Positions 12,123-22,594 of a DNA stretch of 64,000 nt are shown here, piece after piece (within the stretch, counting starts at the first letter, position 1; each line of letters starts with the position of its first letter). Position numbers and translations under genes: made by a program. The notes below the pieces were generated by a model that saw nothing but the letters and a program-made list of their open reading frames with translations, searched no databases and was not told where the DNA came from. The DNA comes from an uncultured Solirubrobacterales bacterium (lineage in GTDB: Bacteria > Actinomycetota > Thermoleophilia > Solirubrobacterales > 70-9): positions 92,918 to 156,917 of the forward strand of contig CAWEGM010000014.1 in the NCBI GenBank assembly GCA_963808565.1. The letters are read 5' to 3'.

Positions 12123-12171
12123 TGAAACGGGTTGCGCCTCGCCTTCGGCTGCGGCGCACCCTCGCATCTAC
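12123..12171 (+). repeat. intercistronic palindromic repeat (family copy, long loop)
   Basis: TGAAACGGGTTGCGCC-TCGCCTTCGGCTGC-GGCGCACCCTCGCATCTAC, directly after the atpG stop (TGA 12119-21, followed by ATG 12122). The stem has a compensatory change (U-A to G-C) relative to other copies. Confidence 0.85.
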
Positions 12172-12183
12172 GACTTGGAATAA

Positions 12184-14249
<2,066 letters not shown>

Positions 14250-14264
14250 CGATCACCCTTTGGA

Positions 14265-15349
14265 ATGGACGAGCTCGCCCTCGCACAGCGCCTGATCGCC
14301 TTCGACACCTCGAACGCCGAGGGGCTGCGCCGTGCCGCGGAGTTCGTCGGAGGCTGGCTGGAGTCCAACGACATCAAGGCCGAGCAGTCCGAGGCGCGTG
14401 GCCTCCCCGTCACGAGGGCCGAGGTCGGTCCCAAGGACGGGCCCACCCTCGTCCTCCACGGCCATATGGACGTCGTCCCGGGCGGACGCGACCAGTTCCA
14501 GCCCCGGATCGACGGCGACCGCCTCTACGGCCGTGGCTCCTACGACATGAAGGGTGCGCTCGCGGTGATGCTGACGGTGCTCCACAAGCTCCGCGATCAG
14601 GAAGTCGTCCGGCTGCGTCTCGGGATCGTCTCCGACGAGGAGTCCGAGGAGGAGCAGAACCGCGGCTCGGATGCGCTGGTCGCGGGGGGCTTCATCGGCC
14701 ACTTCGCGATCACGGGGGAGCCGACGAACCTCCAGGTCGGCGTGCAGGCCAAGGGCGTGCTTGCGATCAGGCTCGAGGTCATGGGTCGCTCCGCGCACGG
14801 CGCCACGCCGTGGCTCGGGGACAATGCCGTGGTCAAGGCGGTCGAGGTATTCAGAGGCATCGAGTCGCTACCGTTTGCCCGCCACAGCTCCGCCCTGTTC
14901 GACCGGCCCTCGATCAATCTCGGTCGAATCATGGGCGGCGACGCCCTGAACAAAGTGCCCGATTCCTGCGTCATAGACGTCGATATCCGCTTCCTGCCCG
15001 ATCAGGATCCCGATGAGATCCTCGAGCAGGTCGAGCGCGCTGCCCGACACCCGAGGTGGTGGCGACCTTCCGGCGGCCGCCGGCCGTGGTCGAGGCGGAC
15101 TCTCCGTACGTGGTGGGATCGTGCGAGGCCGCCTCGCCCCACCATCCCGAGCGGGTGATGAGCGTCGGCCGGGACGGCGCCTCAGACGCCGTCTCCTTCC
15201 TCGCCGCGGGCGTCCCCGCGGTCGAGTTCGGCCCGATCGGCGACGGCCACCACGGCCCGGCCGAATGGGTCTCGGTCAGCTCCCTGAGCAGCTACCGCCA
15301 GGCGCTCGAGGGCTTCGTGACGAACTTCCCGGGGATGGTGCCCGCGTGA
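14265..15349 (+). pseudogene. M20-family metallopeptidase (ArgE/DapE-like), one frame switch about 15040
   Basis: LVLHGHMDVVP, GRGSYDMKGALA, SDEESEEE, GEPTNLQVGVQAKG, then in another frame DGASDAVSFLAAGVPAVEFGPIGDGHHGPAEWV (ORFs 14265..15158 and 15056..15349). Confidence 0.75.
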
Positions 15350-17366
15350 CGCCGCGCGAGAAGGGGGACGAGCGGCCCGGAGCGAGGACCCGCGCCCGGA
15401 CGACACCCAGGAGTACGAGCTCGGCGACGACTTCCGTCGATGCCGAGCAGGAGTCCGCGACGACGAGGAGGAGGAGGTGGAGGACGGAGGACGTCGCTGA
15501 AGAGGATCTCGACGAGGAGGACCTGGACGAGGAGGAGCTCGACGACGAGGACCTCGACGACGAGGACACCGACGACGAGGACCCGAGGAGGGGGACGGAG
15601 CACTCGGAGGAGGAGGAGCTCGAGGAGGTCGTCTCGGCCGAGACGCAGGAGTGGGACGGGCTCGAGGAGGCCGAGGAGGACGGGCAGGCGGATGAGACGC
15701 CGACCATCGCAGCCTCGGCTGGGCAGCGCGTGAAGCAGGCGGGCTCCGCGATCACGTCGAGCTTCGAGAAGGTCGGGCGTTCAGGGCGGTTCGCGACGCC
15801 TCGGTTCCCGATCTGGCTGCGGTTCCTGACGGCGATCTTCGTGATCGTCGGTTCGGTCGGTACTGCCACTCGGCGAGCCTGATCCTCTACCTCGGGGGCA
15901 TCGCCGAGGACCTCAAGCTCGACCCGGCGTTCGAGGGGATTCAGGACCGGCTCGGAAGCGTGCGATGGAGGTGGGCCGCAGACGATCCTGATCCTCGGCT
16001 CAGACAAGCGGCCCGAGTTCAAGACAGCGAGAAGTTCCGGGGCCTCTCCGACACCACGATGCTGCTTCGGCTCGATCCCGACCGAAACGCGATCGCGCTC
16101 TTCTCGCTTCCCCGGGACCTCGAGGTCGACATTCCCGGCTACGGCACGGCAAGCTCAACGAGGCGTACTTCGCTCGGCGGCCCGAGCTCACACTGCGAAC
16201 GATCCAGAACCTCACCGAGTTCCCAGCTCGCCCGGCGGGCTGCGAGATCAACCATCTGGTCAACGTCGACTTCGAGGGCTTCGCGCGCGCGGTGAACGCG
16301 ATCGGCTGCGTCTACGTGGACGTCGATCGCCGCTACTTCCACGACAACGACTACACGAGCGCCGAGCGGACTACGAGGAGATCGACATTCAGCCCGGCTA
16401 CCAGGCGCTCTGCGGATTCGACGCGCTCGATTACGCGCGCTACCGGCACACCGACAACGACATGGTCCGGGCGGCCCGCCAGCAGGACTTCCTGCGCGAG
16501 GCGCGCAGCAAGGTGCCGCCGGAGCGCTCTTCGACGACCGCAAGGAGCTGATCAAGATCTTCACCGAGCACACCACCTCCGACATCGACGATCCGCGGAC
16601 CGATGCTCGCAGGTGCTGAAGCTGTTCATCGACGCCCGCGACGCTCCTGTCAAGGAGGTCCACTTCGAGGGCCACCTCGGCCCCTCATTCGTGACCACCA
16701 CCCCGGGGGAGATCGAGACGGCGGTGCGTCAGTTCCTCGGCATCGAGGGCACGCCGGGGCCGCGGGGCCAGACAGCGCGCCCCAGATGCCCCGGTGACCC
16801 CCGAGCAGGCGCCCGACGAGACCGGGGCGACCCCGGCCGCCCCGGCGAACAAGAAGGACAAGAAGGAGAGTCAGCGCGGCGAGCCGGCGAACCTGGTCGC
16901 CGACCAGCTACGGGAAGGAGCTCGCGAAGAGCATCCGCGCCCGCAAGCTCGAAGCTGCCGATCTACTACCCGACCGTGCTGGAGACCGGGAGCGACTACG
17001 AGCAGAAGCCTCGCGTCTACAAGATCAACGGGACGCGGGCGACGAGGCATCGCCCCGCACGGCGAGCGCGCCGCCTACAAGTGGGTCTTCTCGCGGCCGG
17101 CGCTCGGCGAGTACTACGGCTTCATGGCGACGCGCTGGAACGACCCGCCGATCCTCGACAACCCGTCCGAGGAGAGGACGATCGGAGACCGCGACTACAA
17201 GCTCTTCTACGACGGCGATCGCCTGCGCATGGTCGCCTGGCAGACGGACGAGGGGTCCTTCTGGCTCTCCAACACCTGATCGAGTCGCTCTCCGACCGCG
17301 AGATGCTCAAGATCGCCGAGGGAAGCTCGGAACTGCCGAGCGTCTCCCGAGCCGCCGGCGAGGTGA
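15346..17366 (+). pseudogene. LytR-CpsA-Psr (LCP) family cell-envelope glycopolymer transferase, heavily frame-disrupted
   Basis: GTG 15346 overlaps the M20 stop (GTGA). Acidic N-terminus, TM (IWLRFLTAIFVIVGSVG), then LCP core TILILGSDKRPE / GLSDTTMLLRLDPDRNAIALFSLPRDLEVDIPGYG / KLNEAY / VNVDFEGFARAVNAIGCVYVDVD / DALDYARYRHTDNDMVRAARQQDFL. C-terminal region FWLSNTLIESLSDREMLKIA. A dozen or more frame switches by manual tracing. Confidence 0.7.
15500..15589 (+). repeat. imperfect 15-bp (5-codon) tandem periodicity encoding EEDLD-type acidic repeats
   Basis: gaagaggatctcgac / gaggaggacctggac / gaggaggagctcgac / gacgaggacctcgac / gacgaggacaccgac / gacgaggac... Confidence 0.8.
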
Positions 17367-18741
17367 GCGTGAGCGAGAAGGAGCCGATCGGGGTCGTCGG
17401 AGCCGGCTGGGTCGGCCTGGTCACCGCCGCCTGCTTCGCCGAGCTCGGCCATCCGGTCGTGGTCCGCGAGATCCTCGATCGAGAAGGTCGAGGCTCTCGA
17501 CCGTGGGCGAGGTGCCGATCCACGAGCCGGGCCTGCCGGAGCTGATCTCGAGCGAACCGCGAGCGGCTCACCTTCACGACCGACATGGGCGCAGCTGCTC
17601 GACGGCGCGCGGCTGATCTTCGTCTGCGTCCAGACCCCACCGACCTACTCCGGCGACGCCGATCTCTCCGCGGTGCGACGCGCGGTGGAGGAGATCGGCG
17701 ACCCGGACGGCAAGGCGCTGGTGATGAAGAGCACCGTCCCTGTCGGCACCGGGCGCAGCATCCGCCGCGATGCGCCGGGACTCGCCTACGTCTCCTGCCC
17801 CGAGTTCCTCCGCGAGGGGACCGCGGTCGAGGACTTCATGGAGCCCGACCGGGTCGTGGTCGGCGTCGACGCGGGGGACGAATGGGCCGCGGAGGAGGTC
17901 GCGGCGGTCTACGAGCCACTGGGGGCGCCGATCGTCCGAACCGACCTCTCGAGCGCCGAGATGATCAAGCTCGCCTCGAACGCCTACCTCGCGACCAAGA
18001 TCAGCTTCATCAACGAGATCGCGAACGTCTGCGATGAGGTGGGCGCCGACGTCACCGAGGTGGCGCGGGGCATGGGACTGGACCCGCGGATCGGCCCGCG
18101 GTTCCTGAACGCCGGGACTCGGCTTCGGCGGGAGCTGCTTCCCCAAGGACACCCAGGCGCTGAAGATGCTGGCCGGAAACATCCGGCTACCACTTCCAGC
18201 TCCTGAACTCGGTGATCGAGGTGAACGAGCTGCAGAAGCGCCGGGTGATGTCGAAGCTGGCGAAGCACCTCGATTCGCTGGTCGGGCAAGCGGGTCGCCC
18301 TGCTCGGCCTTGCGTTCAAGCCGGACACCGACGACATGCGCGAGGCGTCGAGCCTGGTGCTCGCCGCGCGCCTCGAGGGGGAGGGCGCGACGGTCGTCGC
18401 CTTCGATCCGGTGGCCGCGCAGCGCGCGCAGCGAGCTGCTGTCCGCGTGTGGAGATGGCGGACTCCGCGATGGATGCCCTCGACGGGCGCCGACGCCGCC
18501 GTCCTCGTCACCGAGTGGCCCGAGTTCGCAGAGCTCGACTGGGCGCGAGGTGGCGAAGCGGATGGCGAACCCGCTTCTCGTCGACGGCCGGAACTTCCTC
18601 GACCCGGACGCGGTTCGCGCCGCCGGCATCACCTACGAGGCGATCGGCCGACCGAGCCTTCCTGTGATTCGCGTAGCCCCCGGTGATGCGAGGGCGCGCG
18701 ACAGCGCGACCCGTGAAGTGTCGGAGGAGGCGGAGCGTTGA
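17363..18741 (+). pseudogene. ugd: UDP-glucose 6-dehydrogenase, heavily frame-disrupted
   Basis: IGVVGAGWVGLVTAACFAELGH (Rossmann), EPGLPELI, FVCVQTPP, CPEFLREGTAVEDF, MIKLASNAYLATKISFINEIANVCDEVGAD, GFGGSCFPKD (split across frames), ALLGLAFKPDTDDMREAS, VDGRNFLD. The 3' end is uncertain (18686 or 18741). Confidence 0.8.
18681..18722 (-). repeat. intercistronic palindromic repeat (family copy, short loop, diverged tail)
   Basis: GGTGATGCGAGGGCGCGC-GACA-GCGCGACCCGTGAAGTG. Same ATGCGAGGG head and bulged-A stem architecture as the copies at 8872 and 27831. TGATG at 18684-88. Confidence 0.7.
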
Positions 18742-18754
18742 GGAGGGAGCTGAC

Positions 18755-19770
18755 TTGCAGGCGCTGATCCTGGCGGGAGGAGAGGGGACCCGCCTTCGAC
18801 CGCTCACCTACACGGTCCCTAAGCCGGTGCTGCCGCTGGCCGGGCGGCCCGCACATCGCCTACGTGATCGACTGGCTGGTCCGCCACGGCGTCGACGACG
18901 TGATCGTCTCCTGCGGGCACCTCGCGGAGGGGATGCGACGCGGCGATCGCCGAGCTCGAGCCCGGCGTCGAGATCCGCTACGCGGAGGAGCCCGATGCCC
19001 GCGGCACCGCCGGGGCGATCCGCTTCGCCGAGGACATGCTCGGGGAGCGGTTCCTGGTCCTCAACGGGGACGTCCTCTGCGATCTCGACCTGACCGCGCT
19101 GATCGAGCAGCACGAGAGGACCGGCGCGCGGGCGACGATCGCCCTCTATCCGGTCGCCGACCCGACCGGATACGGCCTCGTGCATCGCAAGGACGACGGC
19201 GAGATCACCGAGTTCCTCGAGAAGCCCGAGCCCGAGCAGATCGACACGGACGAGATCAATGCCGGCGCCTACCTGCTGGAGCGCTCGGTGCTCGAGCGCG
19301 ATCCCGCCCGACGTCGCCGTCTCGATCGAGCGGGAGGTCTTCCCGAGGCTGATCGGCGACGGGCCTCTACGGCATCCGGCTCGAGGGCTACTGGATCGAC
19401 ATCGGGACGCCGGAGCGCTTCCTGGAGGCGAACTGGGACATCCTCGAGGGCCGGGTCGAGACGGTCATGACCGAGCGAGCTCGAGGGCCCGTGCTGGGTC
19501 GGAGGAGGAGCGAGATCTCGCCGGACGCGGGGCTCGGCGCCCCGTACGTGATCGGCCGCAACTGCCGGATCGGCGGTCGGCGACGCTCGAGCGCTCCGTC
19601 CTGCTCGACGGGTGCGTGGTCGAGGGCGGCGCCGATCGTGAACAGCATCCTGAGCGCGGATGTCACCGTGGAGGAGGGAGCGGAGCTCGACGGCGCGGTC
19701 ATCGGCGAGGGCGAGCGGGTTCAGGCCCAGCAGGGCGCGATCGGCATGACGGTCGATCGGTGGCGACATG
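18755..19770 (+). pseudogene. sugar-1-phosphate nucleotidyltransferase (mannose-1-phosphate guanylyltransferase-like), frame-disrupted
   Basis: TTG 18755 follows [113 protein letters not shown], then left-handed beta-helix-like tail. An alternative in-frame ATG lies at 18686 inside the repeat. Confidence 0.7.
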
Positions 19771-20748
19771 CTGGATGCCGTCAGGGCGATCCCGGATCAC
19801 CTGCGCGATGCGCTCTGGCGGATCGAGAGCGCCCGGGCCCCGCCGATGGAGGCGCCGGCGGCGTTCGTCTGCGGGATGGGCGGCTCGGCGATCGGTGGCG
19901 ACCTCGCGGCCGCCGCGCTCTCCGACCGGCTGACGAAGCCGCTGCTGGTCGCGCGCGGCTACGAGCTGCCCTCCTGGGCGCCCGCGGGCTCGGCGGTGCT
20001 CTGCTCGAGCTACTCGGGCAACACCGAGGAGACCCTCGCCTGCTACGCGGCCGCCGAGGCGCTGGGTGCCCAGCGGCTGGTCGCGACCACCGGCGGCGAG
20101 CTTGCGGAGCTCGCGCGCGCGGGACGGCGTGCCGGTGATCGGGCTCCGGCGGGCCTTCAGCCCCGGGCCGCCGTCGGCTACATGTTCTGCGTCGCAGCCG
20201 AGCTCGCGGCGCTGGCGCTCCGCCGGCCCGCGGATCAACACCGAGATCGATGCCGCGGCTTCGCATCTGGAGAGCGGGCGGGAGGCCGCCGAGGCGCGGC
20301 GCCGCCGAGCTCGCCGAGCCAGATCGGCGACGCCGCGGCGTCATCTACGGGAGCGATCTGACCGCCTCCGTCGCCTATCGCTGGAAGTGCCAGATGAACG
20401 AGAACGCGAAGCGATCCGCCTTCTCCTCGGTCCTGCCGGAGGCGGACCACAACGAGATCGAGGGCTGGACAGGGGCGGCGGAGGGCAGGATTCGCCGCCG
20501 TCTTCCTCGAGGACCGCGACCAGCATCCGCGCGAGCGCCGCCGCTTCGAGCTCACCGCGAAGGCGATCGAGCCCTACGCCGCGTCGGTGATCACGGTCGA
20601 GACGGAGGGCGAGACCCGGACCGAGCGCATCCTTCAGTCGGTGATGCTGGGTGACCTGGTCTCGCTCGAGCTCGCCAAGGCGCGAGGTGTCGACCCGATG
20701 CCGGTCGAGGCGATCGAGCGGTTCAAGTCCGAGCTCGGAACCACCTGA
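19768..20748 (+). pseudogene. bifunctional phosphoglucose/phosphomannose isomerase (SIS domain), frame-disrupted
   Basis: FVCGMGGSAIGGDLAAAAL, LCSSYSGNTEETLACYAAAEALGA, RAAVGYMF, VAYRWKCQMNENAKRSAF, LPEADHNEIEGW, SVMLGDLVSLELAKARGVDPMPVEAIERFK. Pieces lie in three frames. Confidence 0.7.
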
Positions 20749-20773
20749 GAACCCGCCGCTGAGCGGGCCCCGG

Positions 20774-20796
20774 GCGGATCGGTGATCCGATCCGCT
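20774..20796 (+). terminator. perfect 9-bp hairpin downstream of pmi (possible terminator, no U-tract)
   Basis: GCGGATCGG-TGAT-CCGATCCGC, 26 nt after the TGA at 20746-48. Confidence 0.3.
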
Positions 20797-20814
20797 GACC
20801 CCGGCGAAGTCACT

Positions 20815-20894
20815 TGAAACGGGTTGCTCCTCCGGACTAAACGGGTTGCTCCTTACGGAGCACCCTCGAATCTGCGGAGCACCCTCGAATAAAG
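20815..20894 (+). repeat. nested double copy of the palindromic repeat (short-loop copy inside the loop of a second copy)
   Basis: TGAAACGGGTTGCTCC-TCCGGAC-[TAAACGGGTTGCTCC-TTAC-GGAGCACCCTCGAATCT]-GC-GGAGCACCCTCGAATAAAG. Two left arms are followed by two right arms. Confidence 0.85.
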
Positions 20895-20974
20895 CGAGGA
20901 AGTCCCGGTGGTTCCCCTGGGAGGTTGGCCGCCAGTCCTCGCAACCCGGCGGCAAACCAACCGAGGAGGTTCGG

Positions 20975-21646
20975 ATGCATACCCATGGGAGAAATCGCTC
21001 CACCCTGCGCGAGGTCGCAAACGATCCGGTCTCCCGGCGTCGTTTCCTCGCAATCGGCGGCGCCACCGGCGGGGCCGGTGTCCTGCTGGCGGCATGCGGC
21101 GATGACGATGACGACGACACCACCTCGATGACGTCGACGGCGGCGTCGAGTGACGCGCTCGCGCAGTTCGGCGAGGGCGACATCGGAATCGTCAACTATG
21201 CGCTGACCCTCGAGTACCTCGAGGCGGCGTTCTATGCAGACGTCATCAAGAGTGGCCTGTTCTCGGGCGACGATCTGGCGCTGATCAAGGAGATCGGCTC
21301 GAACGAGGACGCGCACGTCGACGCGCTCGTGGGCACCGCGAAGAAGCTCGGCGGAACGCCCGCCCCCAAGCCGAAGACGCAGTTCCCGATCGATGACGCC
21401 ACGCAGGTGCTGATGCTTGCCGCAACCGTCGAGAACCTCGGCGCCGCGGCGTACCTCGGACAGGCGGCGGCGATCGAGAGCCCCGAAGTGCTGGCGGCGG
21501 CGCTTTCGATCCACAGTGTCGAGGGGCGGCACGCCGCGGCGCTCAACACGCTGACGGACCAGCCGTTCACCCCCGATGGAGCCTTCGCGGTTGCGGCGGA
21601 CGCGAGCGACGTGCTGGAGCAGGTCCAGCCGTTCATCGTTTCCTGA
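20975..21646 (+). CDS. ferritin-like domain (Ferritin_2, desiccation-related-protein type) Tat-exported lipoprotein
   Basis: RBS GAGGAGG then ATG 20975. Twin-arginine signal VSRRRFLAIGGATGGAGVLLAAC (lipobox). NYALTLEYLEAAFY, EIGSNEDAHVDAL, VENLGAAAYLG and HSVEGRHAA motifs. Confidence 0.75.
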   Translation: MHTHGRNRSTLREVANDPVSRRRFLAIGGATGGAGVLLAACGDDDDDDTTSMTSTAASSDALAQFGEGDIGIVNYALTLEYLEAAFYADVIKSGLFSGDDLALIKEIGSNEDAHVDALVGTAKKLGGTPAPKPKTQFPIDDATQVLMLAATVENLGAAAYLGQAAAIESPEVLAAALSIHSVEGRHAAALNTLTDQPFTPDGAFAVAADASDVLEQVQPFIVS

Positions 21647-21677
21647 CCGACCCGGCAAAGCAAAAGGAGATGAGCAG

Positions 21678-22310
21678 ATGAGCACGCATGAGATGCAGAA
21701 CCCGGAGCTGGCCGAGGTCGAGGTGGAGCTTGACCGCGGCTCGTTCCTGACCAAGGGGGTCCTGGCGGTCGGAGCGATCTACGGGTCTCTCGCCGTCGGA
21801 CCCTTCGTTCGCCGCGCCCTGGCGCAGAGCGACTCGGGTGACGTCGAGATCCTCAACTTTGCCCTGACGCTCGAGTACCTCGAGGCGGAGTTCTACCGGC
21901 AGGGCCTGAAGACGGCGAAGCTCGGGGCGGAGCAGAAGATGGTCGCCCAGGAGATCGGCTCTAACGAGGACGATCACGTCCAGTCACTGATGGGAGCGGT
22001 TACGGACCTCGGCGGCACCCCCGTCGAGGCCCCGGCGGTCGATTTCGGGCCCGCGGTGAACAGCCAGTCGGCCTTCCTGAAGCTGGCCCAGACCCTCGAG
22101 GACACGGGAGTTGGCGCCTACAACGGCGCCGGCCCGATGATCCAGTCCAAGGACCTGCTCGGCGTCGCCGGCGCGATCGTCCAGGTGGAGGCACGCCATG
22201 CGGCGCGCATCCGCCTGTTCAACGGCGAGCTGCCGGCTCCCGAGCCGTTCGACCCGCCGCTGGACATGGACGAGGTGCTCAAGGCCGTCCAGCCATTCGT
22301 CAAGTCGTGA
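21678..22310 (+). CDS. ferritin-like domain protein, paralog of 20975..21646
   Basis: RBS AAGGAG then ATG 21678. LNFALTLEYLEAEFY, EIGSNEDDHVQSL, LEDTGVGAYNG, VQVEARHAA. The N-terminus has a signal-like hydrophobic stretch but only one Arg (DRGSFLTKG). Confidence 0.75.
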   Translation: MSTHEMQNPELAEVEVELDRGSFLTKGVLAVGAIYGSLAVGPFVRRALAQSDSGDVEILNFALTLEYLEAEFYRQGLKTAKLGAEQKMVAQEIGSNEDDHVQSLMGAVTDLGGTPVEAPAVDFGPAVNSQSAFLKLAQTLEDTGVGAYNGAGPMIQSKDLLGVAGAIVQVEARHAARIRLFNGELPAPEPFDPPLDMDEVLKAVQPFVKS

Positions 22311-22323
22311 GATTGGAGATCTG

Positions 22324-22533
22324 ATGCCGAACGTGGGACCAATGGAGTTGCTGATCGTGCTGGTGGTCGCCCTGGTCATCTTCGGGCCGAAGCGGATTCC
22401 GGAGATGGGGCGGTCGATCGGAAACGGGATGCGTGAGTTCAAAGACTCGATATCCGGCAAGGCAAAGTCGCCGGAGCTCGAGAGCGGAGCCGGCGAGCGC
22501 GGCGAGTCCGTGGGAACCGGTCCAACCTCCTAA
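22324..22533 (+). CDS. tatA: twin-arginine translocase subunit TatA/E
   Basis: MPNVGPMELLIVLVVALVIFGPKRIPEMGRSIGNGMREFKDSI. Canonical TatA TM plus amphipathic helix. Confidence 0.9.
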   Translation: MPNVGPMELLIVLVVALVIFGPKRIPEMGRSIGNGMREFKDSISGKAKSPELESGAGERGESVGTGPTS

Positions 22534-22594
22534 TCGCGGGACATGCCCGGCTCCCGCGCCCCGAGCGCGGGGGCCGGGTCCTCTCGCATCGACC
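22531..22594 (+). repeat. GC-rich palindrome between tatA and tatC, possibly a diverged member of the repeat family
   Basis: TAATCGCGGGAC...GGCTCCCGCGC-CCCGA-GCGCGGGGGCC...GGGTCCTCTCGCATCGACC. 11-bp stem (1 mismatch) at 22549-22575. The head (TAA..CGGG) and tail (TCGCATC) resemble the family consensus. Confidence 0.3.

Noticed and set aside
17280-17370. Apparent in-frame fusion of the LCP gene to ugd (also glyA to DUF354 at about 1240-1290, and manC-like to pmi at about 19770)
   Set aside because: Each junction has a canonical GTGA, ATGA or nearby stop in an adjacent frame, and the surrounding genes are full of frame errors. Read-through is most simply a consequence of indels, not real multidomain fusions.
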